Source: Takakia lepidozioides (lineage: Eukaryota; Plantae; Bryophyta). From it: 64,000 nucleotides of DNA. The DNA lies in the NCBI GenBank assembly GCA_030704615.1, contig CM060732.1:47306001-47370000 (forward strand), written 5' to 3'. Each line of letters starts with the position of its first letter. The stretch's first letter is position 1. A program made the position numbers and the translations under genes. Of the stretch, positions 26,097-36,819 are shown piece by piece. Under the pieces are notes generated by a model. The model was given only the letters and a program-made list of their open reading frames with translations. It ran no database searches and had not been told where the DNA came from.

Positions 26097-26988
26097 CTAT
26101 GAAGAAGCCAGCCTTCGAACTCGCATTGAGGTGGTTCCCTTTGCACATCAAGTGGGCTGATCAACATTTTGGCGCGAAGCGAGCGTATGCCCGTGAGTTA
26201 GACCGCCGGTTTCCGGGCAATTGGGACACAAGGGTGATGGAGATGGTGGGGCGAAACTTGAAGGACAGGAGATACCGTGCCAGACAGATCATTCAGAGGG
26301 CAATGGAAAAGGGGGCCATACCCAAACCACCTTATGGAATTACACAGGTTGGCAAATCCTGAATCATGTCACCTTCCATTTGTCGCATGTGCATTAATGA
26401 GGTGGATTTGATGCAACGTATGTGTGTAATTCACTAATTGTTTGGGGGGGGGGGAGGGTACATAGGTATCGTGGGATGCACTCATTGCGGGAGAGACTGA
26501 TGCCGCAAACAAGGCCAAATTTGACCGGGCACGCGAAGCAACAACAGTCTGCCTTGACAAGCACGAATCCACACACAAGTGGAGCGCCGGCGGATCCAAG
26601 GGTTTTATCTTGCGATTTGTAAGTTGTACTTCCCTAAGGATTTTGTTATGTCTTCTTTCTGGCTCAATCATCGCGAAGAACTAACTTTAATTTGTGGCAT
26701 GTGTAGCAACGCGCGTTTGAGAGGAAGCCATCTCCGGTAGAGTACAACTACGCCAAGGAGCATGGTTGGCAATCCCTCATGAAGAACATGACCAACACAA
26801 CGGGGATGAGTGCACTACAGGGCAGTAGTATGGATGAGGTCGAGGGTCATGCCCAAGGATTGGATGAGAGCTCCGTGGGACTTAGAGGAACGCCGCCTCA
26901 TTTAGGTGCTCTGGCAAAGGGCGCGGAGTCATCAGGCTCATCGGATAGCTCTGAGTCCTCCACTGAGGATGAGGATGAGGATGAGTAG
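26097..26988 (+). pseudogene. 3' exons of a CACTA TnpA/ORF2-like gene in the nested element
   Basis: Spliced exons (...ELDRRFPG...VGRNLKDRRYRAR...PPYGITQ|VSWDALIA...KAKFDRAREA...HKWSAGG) with an acidic tail, adjacent to the right subterminal region. An inverted homolog lies at 56895-57725. Confidence 0.55.
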
Positions 26989-28452
26989 TCCTAGTCCATG
27001 TAGGTCCCAGGGTCAGTCTACTGAACCCTTGTGAGCTTCTCAGCTCATGTCTTGTAAATATATTTCCATCTTTCCATCTTCCATCTTATTCATGTGTCGC
27101 ACCGTCCTCACCCTCAATTCATGTTTGCTCAATTGTGTACCTGCTAACTCATAGAAATGGAACTGTAAGTTCTCCCATCCCCAAATACAAAACCAGGAAA
27201 GAAACAACCCAATTCACCCCCAAAATGAACCCCCAAACCCCCCCCCCCCTCCCCACCAGGCTGCCCTCACGACTGCAACACGTCGCCAACGGCGACGTGT
27301 TTTTTGGGCGGGGGTCGCAAGAAGCGACGGTCAGGCGTCGCAAACCCCATTTGCGGGCAGCAACGCCCGACACCCCCTGCGACGTGCTTTTTTGGTCCGG
27401 GGGTCGCAACCCGTGACGCCCTAGTGTCGCGGAGACAGCCACCCTGCCTGCGCCACTTTTTTATAAAAGAAATTAAACCTAAAATGCAACGCCGGAGTGT
27501 CGCAACAACCCACGCCCAGGCGTGGCGGAGACCGACTCCAGCTGTTTTGTGCCACGCCCAATAGTCGCTGGCAGCGACGCACGGGCGTCGCTTGGCATAC
27601 CACCCGGCTGACTCCCGGGCAGGTTAGAAAAAAAAAGGGGATGCGACGCCACGCCGGCGCCCCACCAACGACGTCGGCTGGAGAGCAGCGACGACAAGAC
27701 GTCGCTGGAAGAGGCTCCTGCCATCGGCGCGGACGGCCTGAAAAACCGACGTCCGGCAGTTGCGGGAGTTGGGGCGGGGGTTCGCGACCCCCATACGTCG
27801 TATTTTTGCGACGTCATTTTGGCGACGCCCTTGCGACTGCAGGGCGATGGCCGGGTGTCGCAAATTCTGCGCCTCCCGCGTGCCCGAAAAGGGCATTTTC
27901 CCGACGCTGCGGCGTGGCCGCGGTGTGGCGCGGGCGTCACAAAGCCCCATTTTCCTGTAGTGTTTGTGACCCCAGGCCTCATAAATCCATTCAAAAAAAA
28001 CATGTCGCAGTTGGCGACGGTTGGCCGTCGCCGTTTGCGACCCCCGGCCTCATAAATCCTAAAAACCGCGTCGCAGGTGGCGACGCGTGGGGGTCGCAGG
28101 CAGCAACGGCAGGGCTTTCTAGGTTTAGGTTTAGGGCCTTTGGGGGTTCTTAGTTTTTTTTTTTTTTCATATTGTACTTGGGTAGGGTGTTTGTTTTTCT
28201 TTATGGTTTAGCTTGTTGTTGTGGACCTTCTTGTAGATTGTGACATTCATTTTGATAATTCTCTTGATACCACATCTATATGTGTTGCTCCAACATACTC
28301 ATTGTCTCTGCCTTCTTTCTTGAAAGACTATCAGCCACATCCATATTTGATCAATCATAGAAATAAAGTACAATATGCATGTATATGTACAATCAATCGA
28401 AGGGATAGGTCCAGTTCGGTGCGAGAATTGTTATGTAGCTTTGATTTTGTGT

Positions 28453-31400
28453 CTAATCAACTTGAACATCATCATCCGGAGCTTCTTCATCCTCATCAAG
28501 CTGCAAGTCTTCTTCGTCATCGGAGTCATCGTCATAAATGGCCCGGCCCTCAAAAGGCACCTCCGAATCATCCTCCACCTCGTTGTCAACGGCCGTGTCT
28601 TCGTCTCCTTCTCCAACATCCGTATCTTTTAGAGCTTCATCATATAGGGTCCAGGATACATTGTCTGGGGCGTCATCATCCTCTTCTACCCCCTCTACCC
28701 AACCTCCATCATCAACATCATTATAACCAGTCTCTCCATCCACCGCAATTGCCTCACCCCATGGAGATCCGACCATGATATATACGTCTTCCTCTTGGTT
28801 GAGCATGCACAAGCACCTTCCAATTCCCCCCTCTTGTTTTAGTAATCGGAGAAGAAAACTTGCTCCATGTCTGAAGGCCGTGAAAAAGGCTCATCGGAGG
28901 GACGATCAGTAGGGTTGAGCCTATCTGCATTGATGCGCATGAAACCACAATCATCTTGCACTAGTGTTGCGGAGGGCCCTACAAGATGTGGCTGGAACCA
29001 CTTTCCATTGAAGAGAAGAGGCCGGTACCTTGTATACTAAAGTTGGAGTATGCTCTCAAGCTCTCCAATGTACTCAAGTTTGCTCATAGCAGGTCGTGTA
29101 TCTCCCTTGCCCCACACGGAGTCTTGCCAATATGTGGCACACAAGCCAGAATCAAAGGTTGTTCTGCGCTTCATGTCAAGAGCACGAATGCGGAAATGAC
29201 GATTGTGAACCCAAACCGCCGTGTATGAGGTCGCGAATTGAGAGGGGCCCCTTGCAATGTCTTGCACCAAATCTGAAACCACCTCTCCTTGAGTAACAAC
29301 GTCATAAACTGAAGTCCGAAGCCACTGTTGGAATGAACTTAGAGGTTGCAATTCCATGGGCAAATTTTGTGAAGGAACATTCCGACGCCTCGCTCCTCGT
29401 CGTGGGCATCTAGTAACCGGCCTTGGATGGTTCCACCTCCATGCAAATGTCTCATCCTCTCGTTGCTGAACAAGATTATTATATCTTGTCTCCCACTCAT
29501 GTATGGATGGGGTGTTCTTCAGTATGAAGTCATGCGCTTGCTCAATCACCAAGGTCGGCAATTTTACCCTCTTCGATTTTTTGGGCAAAATGATGTCCTT
29601 CGTTCATACATCCTCCTCTTCCTTCCACATCCGAGGGCTTCCTCATCCACCCTTGTCATGTACTCCGTGCAATAGAACATAGCTTCTTGCAACATATACC
29701 CCTCCGCCATGCTACCCTTCAAGTGCGCCATTTGTCTTACAAATCCTTTCAAAGTCTTCATATAACGCTCAAGGAAGAATGAACGGGGCCGGCAATCGAA
29801 GCCTCTTCCACTAAATGCACTACCAAGTGCACTTGGATGTCAAAGAAGGAGGGAAGAAGGTACATCTCCAACATACACATTACCTCCGCCGCTTCCTTCT
29901 TCATGCGTGGAAAATCTGCTTCTTCCAACTCTTTGTAGCAAATCCACCAGAACAAACCTCCCAATCTATAGATTGTCTCACGAACCTCGGGAGTCAATGT
30001 CCCACGTACTGCAATGGGCAAGATGTCTTGCAATAGATTGTGGTAGTCATGAGACTTCAAACCATGGACCCCGTCTTCTTCGCTGAACTTCGTACGGAGG
30101 GATGACCCATAACCAGTTGGTGTTCGGACAACACTTATGGTGGCTATCACTTTCTTGTATTCCTCTTTTATCCATTGCCAAGGTGCGCGCCTATACTTCC
30201 ACCGTACAACACCCTTTGGGTCCACACCATTTTGTTCGGCCCATAGATGGCGCATGCGACCCTGCTCCTCAAGCTCCTTTCTAACACCGATTGCCGGTAT
30301 GCCATGAAGAACCCGAAAAACGGACGAGCAGACATTCTTCTCAATATGCATGGGATCTAGAAGATGACGAATCTTCAGGTCCTACATATATCCCCACTCA
30401 CAAAGACTTACACAAAAAATTTTACGTGAAAGTAACAATGCAACGCTACCAAATGTGCAATATCACATGCATGCATAGGGATATTGACGGTGTTTTTGTG
30501 GAATATGTACCGCCCAATATGACAACTCGTAGAAGATTGAAAGTCGTTTCATGCCGGGCACGTCCACTTCACCGTCTGTGCCCGCATGGGCCTCCTTCCA
30601 TCGGTCCTCCCAAAACTGCCCGAACGGTGTCATAGGGGGGGGACGCACTACCTTGCCATCAAATAAGTGTTTCTCTCTTCTTCTCCATCGATGGCTCATA
30701 TGAAGAAATTTGCGGTAGTTGGGATACACTATCTTGTGAAGATGACGGGAGCTATGTGCATCAAGATCATCGCCACAATGCAAGCATGCATGGTACCCTT
30801 TGGTGCTTAGCCCCGAGCAAACAGTTAGTCATGTACTACACATCCCGTCACATTAGCAAAAACAAAAAGTTGTCATGTCCATGGCCCATAATGCCATCTA
30901 CCCCACTACGGTGCACAAGACTGTCGCCACTACTTCAATCAATCCCAATCCTCATCCTCATCCGGCATTGACAAATGAATGTACGCGGGTTGTTCGTGGG
31001 GAACATAATATACCTAGATAATCATGCATTTTCCAAAGCAAGATGCCTCTCATCTGAAAAGATTGTCCGGCCATAGGGTCAAGTGAAGCATCCAATGCCG
31101 GGACCCCCCTCCATAGCTCTTTAAGTTCAATAAGAGGTCGCAAGTATGTGTCCATGTTTGCCACTTGTTTTTTCCCTTTGAGACATTCACATCATTGTTT
31201 CAATGCTCCACCAATATGCAGATTATACTACAAAATGAATTACACGTCTTACTCCATGATTATGTCACTCATCAATCTTGCATCCGAATTGCGTCAAAGA
31301 TCAGAAGTTTAATGTAAAGTCGAAGGCAATAATAAACATGAAATGAGTACACTCACCTAGCACAATGGCAGCCAACATGATATGGCATTTTTTAATTGAA

Positions 31401-32607
31401 AGATACGGAGGGATGTTGTAATTCACCATAGTCACCGGCCAAATGGAATGACTACATGACTGGACAGAGAATGGGTTGACCCCATCCGAGGAGAAGCCGA
31501 GGTGGACATGTCGTGGGTCCTCCAAGAGAAAATGCCACATCTCTTCAATATGCCTCCATGCTTGTGAATCTTGTGGCCCGCACACCTTTCTCGAGGGGCT
31601 CTGATGTGAGGCGTGTCATCTCATGAGTCTGGCCAATTCGGGGCTTCGGTACTGTGCCCTCAATCGCGGGATGATCGGAAAGTAATGCATTTTCTAAGAT
31701 GAAATACCCCACGCCCCCCACATGTAATCATCCCATTAGCACACATAATACAAACACCCTTATGCCTTTCCATTTATGCAGCCTCTCCCTCATTTGGGTG
31801 TGAATGGTCAAAACCAAACGTCGCTCTTTCCACTCCTCACTCACTCCTTCCAAAACCACAATCAGATCTTGCATGAGTACTACTCTCTAATAATCTCCAT
31901 GCGAGGGGGAATGATGCTTATACCTTGCGTGGTACTTTTTTCCCTTGGACGTCATCCTGATATCGGTCTTTCTTGCACTTTGGGTACTTGGTGAGATGCG
32001 AATCATGTCCGTAGTATAGGGTTTTATCACATGGACATGCATGAAAAATCTTATAGCCCATCCCCACAGAGTTCAAGACGCGCGTCTCTTTCCGCGACCG
32101 TGGCATCTTGGGTTTCAAGTGTGGAGCAAGGATATAGTCTGCAATAGTTCGCATTATGACAGACATCCCAACATTACTTATGCCAAATCGAATTTGAAGA
32201 TTGAGCAAAAGTAAGATTGTTGAAAGTCGACTCGCTTTCTCCCTTTCGTACAAGGGAGTTCTCGCCTCCCTCTCCATGTCATTTGAGGGGGCCATTTCAG
32301 GATCATCGATTGGCCGGGTTCCCTCTTCATGGGATGCATCAACGCCCACATGATGCATTAAGAGATCATCCATGGCTTGCACATCCTCCTAGTTAATTCC
32401 ATGCTCATTGTTGTTGTCACTGCCACTATCACTGTCGTCGTTGTCATCGTCCGGTACTGTGGGGGCGGCGTCTCGCCCACGGCTCCCGTCTGATGTACTT
32501 GGGTTGTTTTGAGATGGGGTGCCAAGAGAAAAGACCGGGAAGGGATGGACAAAGTCCTGATACGAACAAATGAACATAGGGACATATATTATAATGTGTC
32601 CTTGCAA
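28453..32607 (-). pseudogene. CACTA TnpD transposase (Transposase_21 / DUF4218 / DUF4216 type), multi-exon, decayed
   Basis: Motifs HACPCD..LY, DSQAW, SSDGVNPF, S.WPV..VNYNIPP, DTYLRPLI.EL..LW, MHIEKNVC, GLKSHDYH, FFDIQVHLVVHL, KGSMAEGY and a long acidic C-terminus. Contains frameshifts and stops. Confidence 0.92.
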
Positions 32608-33586
32608 CCATACACTTCATTATAAGCGAAATGCAAACAACAACCTTCAATGTGTGTGTGCATCAAATATGTCATTCAATAATTACATGTATGTGCGCAA
32701 CGTACACGCATGCAAAGTTTCAAACCCAAACAAAATCATTTGCCCCCCCAATGACGCATTCACCCTATTAACCAATTTTTGTTTATTAATATGAAAGAAA
32801 ATCCTCTCATGCCATTGCACCCAACAAACGGATGTGGCTCAAGCTTCATTTTTCCTACATGTGCTTAAATATGTGTGCAACACCTGTACAAAGATCCAGC
32901 AGAAAAATAAAAAATTTTGCCTCCCCAACGACGCACTCACCCTTGCACCAATTATGAATTATATCGAATTAAAATGAATTTAAAATAAATATTTGCATTT
33001 AGAAAATATATGATTACGGTTTTGAGAGGCGTAATGATTTTTTTTTTGCTCTATTTTGTTCTGTGACATCGGGCTTTGCACCACTACATCCATGCAAAAA
33101 ATGGGACAAAAAAAAAATGGAAAAAAAATAAGTGTGTTTCTAGGGTCACTTTTGCAGAACTCTCTATCAAGAGTCCTTAATATTGAAGATAATTAAACTT
33201 TGGAGTACAAATGAGAGAACAAAATCTGGTTATGGGTCCAAATGACTTTTGCTTACTCCCAAATTTTGCACGCACATTGCATATGCTATCATTAAGCATA
33301 TGGCTAGAAAATGGAATAAAAAATAATAATCTGCAGGCGAAACACAATTTTCCGTCTCTATGACACGTAGCTGTGTTCAACACTAGAATGACCCATTGAA
33401 TCAACTTGGTTCAAGCTCATATTTGGTCCACATGTGCACAAATATGTTTAGATCACATATACAAAGTTGCAACCCACACGAGCAACAAGAATTTTTTTTA
33501 CATCAATCGATTAATCGGATGTATACAAAGTACATCATGAGAATATCTGCAATGCCCCTCCACGCAATCCCTGTCTCAAAAGAACC

Positions 33587-35255
33587 CTATTTTCTATCAT
33601 ACACATCCCACTCACGCTGTAATCGGAGGTCCCAATCATCCCGAGAGAACTCGTATGATGCAAATAGTTCGTTGCCAGCCCTAATAGTCCTACTAGCACA
33701 TGTCATCACAAACATGTGTATCCCTTCACAGTATACTGACGTATGACCACATAAGCTCTCATGCCCATCACTTCGCTCGTCCTATACTACATTGGTTCTC
33801 CTAGGATGACCAAAAGAACTATTGACCAGCCCAGCAACATTGCCGAAGATGTCGGGGTCACTATCACGAAATCTTATCTCAATGGGAGATAAGCCCCGTC
33901 TACGTACATCCTGTCCGTTGACACACAAAATGTAGGGTAGGATGTATGGGGCTTCGAGGCGTAATATACGGAACTCCGCGGAGGTGTAGTATGGACCGTA
34001 GTAGGGAAACAAGTCCACCATGCTGTTTCTCCGAGGAGGAACCACAATATCATTGACCGTGAATAAACCCCGACCCATAGCAGGGTCTGTAGTGGCTCTC
34101 ACAACATACCGTCTCCCCCAATACTCGAACTCCACATTTTCTCGGATGGGGGTGGGAGGGTCGAGATGATTCCCCCAACAACGAGGCTAGACGGTCCTCA
34201 GTAACATAGTCCTATGCACTTCCCATCGGGGGCGAGGATCCGGCTCAGGCCGCCCAAACCGAAGGGGAGAAAACCTACGGCGAAGCCGACCCCTCCTAGG
34301 GGTTCGGGGGGCACATGCACGTGGAGGTGGAGGTGGAGGTGGAGGTGAAACTGCTGGCGGAGGAGATGAAAGTGGAGGTGGTTGAGGATGTAATGTCGGA
34401 GGTGCAGCCGGGGGTACAACGTCCGGATCAGGTACTACCGGAGGTGGATCAGGCAAAGAAACAGACGGGGGGGGGGGAGGCCACAATCAGGGGGACCGCC
34501 TGAGGAAACTGGAGGGGGGGGGGGTAGGCCTGCTCGTCGCCGGCCATAACGCCTACGACACCTACGATACCCCTCGACCCTACGCATCTCATCTACGTGC
34601 TGCTGGGGGAACCAACTGGTCATATCAGGCACATGCTCTGGCACAAATTCTACAAGTAGACCGGCGCGAAATGCCTCATGTGCAATGTGATTGCGAGCTT
34701 GGGCATCAAGTCGTGGCTGCAATGTGCGTAGTGAACGACGCATCAATACTTATGTCGTAATTTTGATTCATGTATGCTTACCAATCATACTATATTATTA
34801 GATAAACTTAATGTACCTTAAATGAATGTTAATGAGAGGGGTGAGAAAAACACTCATCTTTGCCGCATCCGCAATCTTGTTCTTCTTGTAATGTTTTTCG
34901 ACAACATGTGGTCGCCGCCTCGGTGGTCTGGTGCCGCCCGGCGGTATCCGTTCCCAACACTTAGTGCACCAACACTCAATCCTGTCGGGGGGGGGTCAAA
35001 GGTGGACGTGGTTGGACGGGGTGGCCCGCGAGGGGGCAACCCGCGGCGCGCCCGACTCGATCCCGGAGTGTCAACATCCTCCGCATCACCTGAAATTTGG
35101 CCCCGGTCCCTTCTACGATTGTGCCCGACATCCTGTATTGGATCAGATGCAATGGGTGGCTCCTCGCCACGAAAAATGGTCGCTCTAGGGCCACAATCGA
35201 TATGTGGTACTACCTCCCCATCCTCGAGGGAGACGGGTCGATGTTTCCTCACCAT
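33587..35255 (-). pseudogene. CACTA-borne gene with Arg/Pro-rich N-terminus and C-terminal SET-like domain
   Basis: ORF pieces 34854-35255, 34435-34746, 34187-34486 (poly-Pro) and 33587-34135. The last has MGRGLFTVNDI (SET motif I), GNVAGLVNSS...P..TNV (RxxNHSxxPN-like) and, past an in-frame TAG at 33782-33784, ASRTIRAGNELFASY (GEELxxDY-like). Confidence 0.75.
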
Positions 35256-35569
35256 CGCATCCTAATTAACACACACCACCAACACTGTCATTTCTCAAAA
35301 ACGGTTGGCAAAAAAACCCTATCCCTCAGCTTCGGGGCTTTCAAAATTGGTAACCGAAGGCGGAGCATCCCTATGGTGCTAGAGCCCAAGACAATAAATC
35401 CTTCCTCTCGTTCTATCTTTAGGATGCCCACACCATGGAAAAATTTGTTGAGACCCAGCGCTTTGCGATTATCAGATTGAACCACATTTTGGGTATGTGA
35501 ATCCTAATTACACCGTTTATCCTTTTAACCAGACCCACAACCAAAACCGCCAATCCAACACCCAGCACC

Positions 35570-35706
35570 ATAAAGAAAAACAAACACCCTAACCCAGTAC
35601 CATATGAAAAAATAAGTAAAATAAATAAAAACTAAGAAACCCAAAAGGCCCTAAACCCTAAACCCAGAAAGGCCGGCCGTCGCCTCCTGCGACACCCTCG
35701 CGTCGC
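35570..35706. repeat. Internal inverted copy of the subterminal segment 28080-28210, containing a telobox-like AAACCCTAA
   Basis: Approximate reverse complement of GCGACGCGTGGGGGTCGCAGG...TTTAGGGCCTTTGGGGGTTCTTAG...GGGTAGGGTGTTTGTTTTTCTTTATGGT. Confidence 0.7.
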
Positions 35707-36228
35707 ATTTGACGACGTGTTTTTTTCAATTTTTTATCTGGGGGTTGCACCCCGCGACGGAAAGCCGTCGGGGGGGGGGGGGGGGTGTTTTTATTTATTT
35801 ATGGGGCCGAGGGTCGCAAGCAACGACGGCCGGCCGTCGTAAATATCATTTTTACATTTCAAAAAAAAGGCGGGGCGCAGGCGTGCGACGGCCGGGCGTC
35901 GCACGTAGGCGCCGCGCCTTTTTTTTTTCCCTAAGTGCTTGAATAATCTCTTTCCCCTCCCGTTTTCGTTTGTTCTTTGGGAGAGAGGTAGTTCAGAGAG
36001 TGGGGTTTAGGGTGGAGGAGAAACGCACCTGCTGCTGAGCCCGAGGTGGTCGCAAGCCCCAAGGAGTTTGTCCCAATGCCACTCCAACGCCCAAGGTAAG
36101 CACCGCCTCCTCCCTCACTTTCTCTCTTGCTTTCTTGCCCTAAGCACGGGCTAATGTCTCTCTCCCCTGTGTGGTAGGAACGCCGCGCAGAGGCGCAACC
36201 TAAACGAGCTGAAGAGAGAGAGAGAGCC

Positions 36229-36346
36229 GTGGTGAGCGGGGGAGAGACGCCCTGCAGCGGCGGGGACCCGCGCCGTTGGCAGCCGCGACAGCACCACAGA
36301 AGCTCGCCGCGCCAGCTCGCTTCAAGCACCAGCAGCAGCAGCAGAG
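36229..36346 (+). other. Probable 5' exon of the TnpA-like gene of the outer CACTA
   Basis: Reads LAAATAPQKLAAPARFKHQQQQQ(R) and ends at a canonical AG|GTACGT donor (36347) that is phase-compatible with the acceptor at 58312-58313. The start is not defined. Confidence 0.45.
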
Positions 36347-36354
36347 GTACGTCA

Positions 36355-36800
36355 GGGAAATTGCACTCTCCATTTCCTCTCTGCTTCTGTTTACTGTTCA
36401 AAGGTTGTCTTCTTTCCCTGAGTTTAAATTTAGGTCTGGTGCCAAGAGTGGGATAGACCCTTGAGCGCATCCATGATGTCCTCCCCCATGTCACAGACTG
36501 GAAACAGGTTCAGGGAAGTTTTCTTCCTAACTTCATTTTCACCGGACAATTTTCTGGTAACAGACATGGCTTTGGACATTACACTCTCTAAATCAGGTTT
36601 ATCCAGCAAGGTCAAGACTTGCGGGTCCAGATTCAGATCCTTGAGAATCTCTTCTACTCTCTTCTCCCAGGGCTCACCCTGTTTGGCAGGGCGGTCCTGT
36701 TTCCAAGATATAGAGTCGATTAACTTAGGATATCTGATGTTGGACATATGTTGCCGCTGAACCCACCATCTGACCTTGAATTTATCTCGTCGGGAGCTTA
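36355..36800 (-). mobile_element. LINE ORF2 3' fragment (copy 1)
   Basis: ...KKTSLNLFP...TLGTRPKFKLRERRQPLN...ECN; homologous to the copies at 39.5-41.0 kb and 60.9-61.6 kb. Confidence 0.6.
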
Positions 36801-36819
36801 AAAGAGAGCAACACAGAAG

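Larger units (their letters stand above)
18658..27962. mobile_element. Nested, internally deleted CACTA element (9.3 kb) with cargo
   Basis: Left TIR CATTACAGCAAATGGGG (18658) and right TIR CCCCATTTTCCTGTAGTG (ends 27962), with a 3-bp TSD TTT on both sides. The flanks rejoin to GCCATCGCCGTTTG(C/T)GACCCC.GGCCTCATAAATCC, seen uninterrupted at about 19123-19160. Confidence 0.9.
18195..36346. mobile_element. Outer CACTA (En/Spm) transposon, left end and body (interrupted by a nested sister copy; right end displaced to 55909)
   Basis: TIR CACTACAGCAAATGGGG at 18195, preceded by AGT. Dense GCGACG/CGTCGC subterminal repeats. The body resumes at 27963 and contains TnpD, a SET gene and the first exon of a TnpA-like gene. 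Confidence 0.8.

Noticed and set aside
23560-26100. Hammerhead ribozyme expected near the Penelope-like fragment
   Set aside because: No CTGANGA...GAAA core with supporting stems was found by eye; a covariance-model search would be needed.
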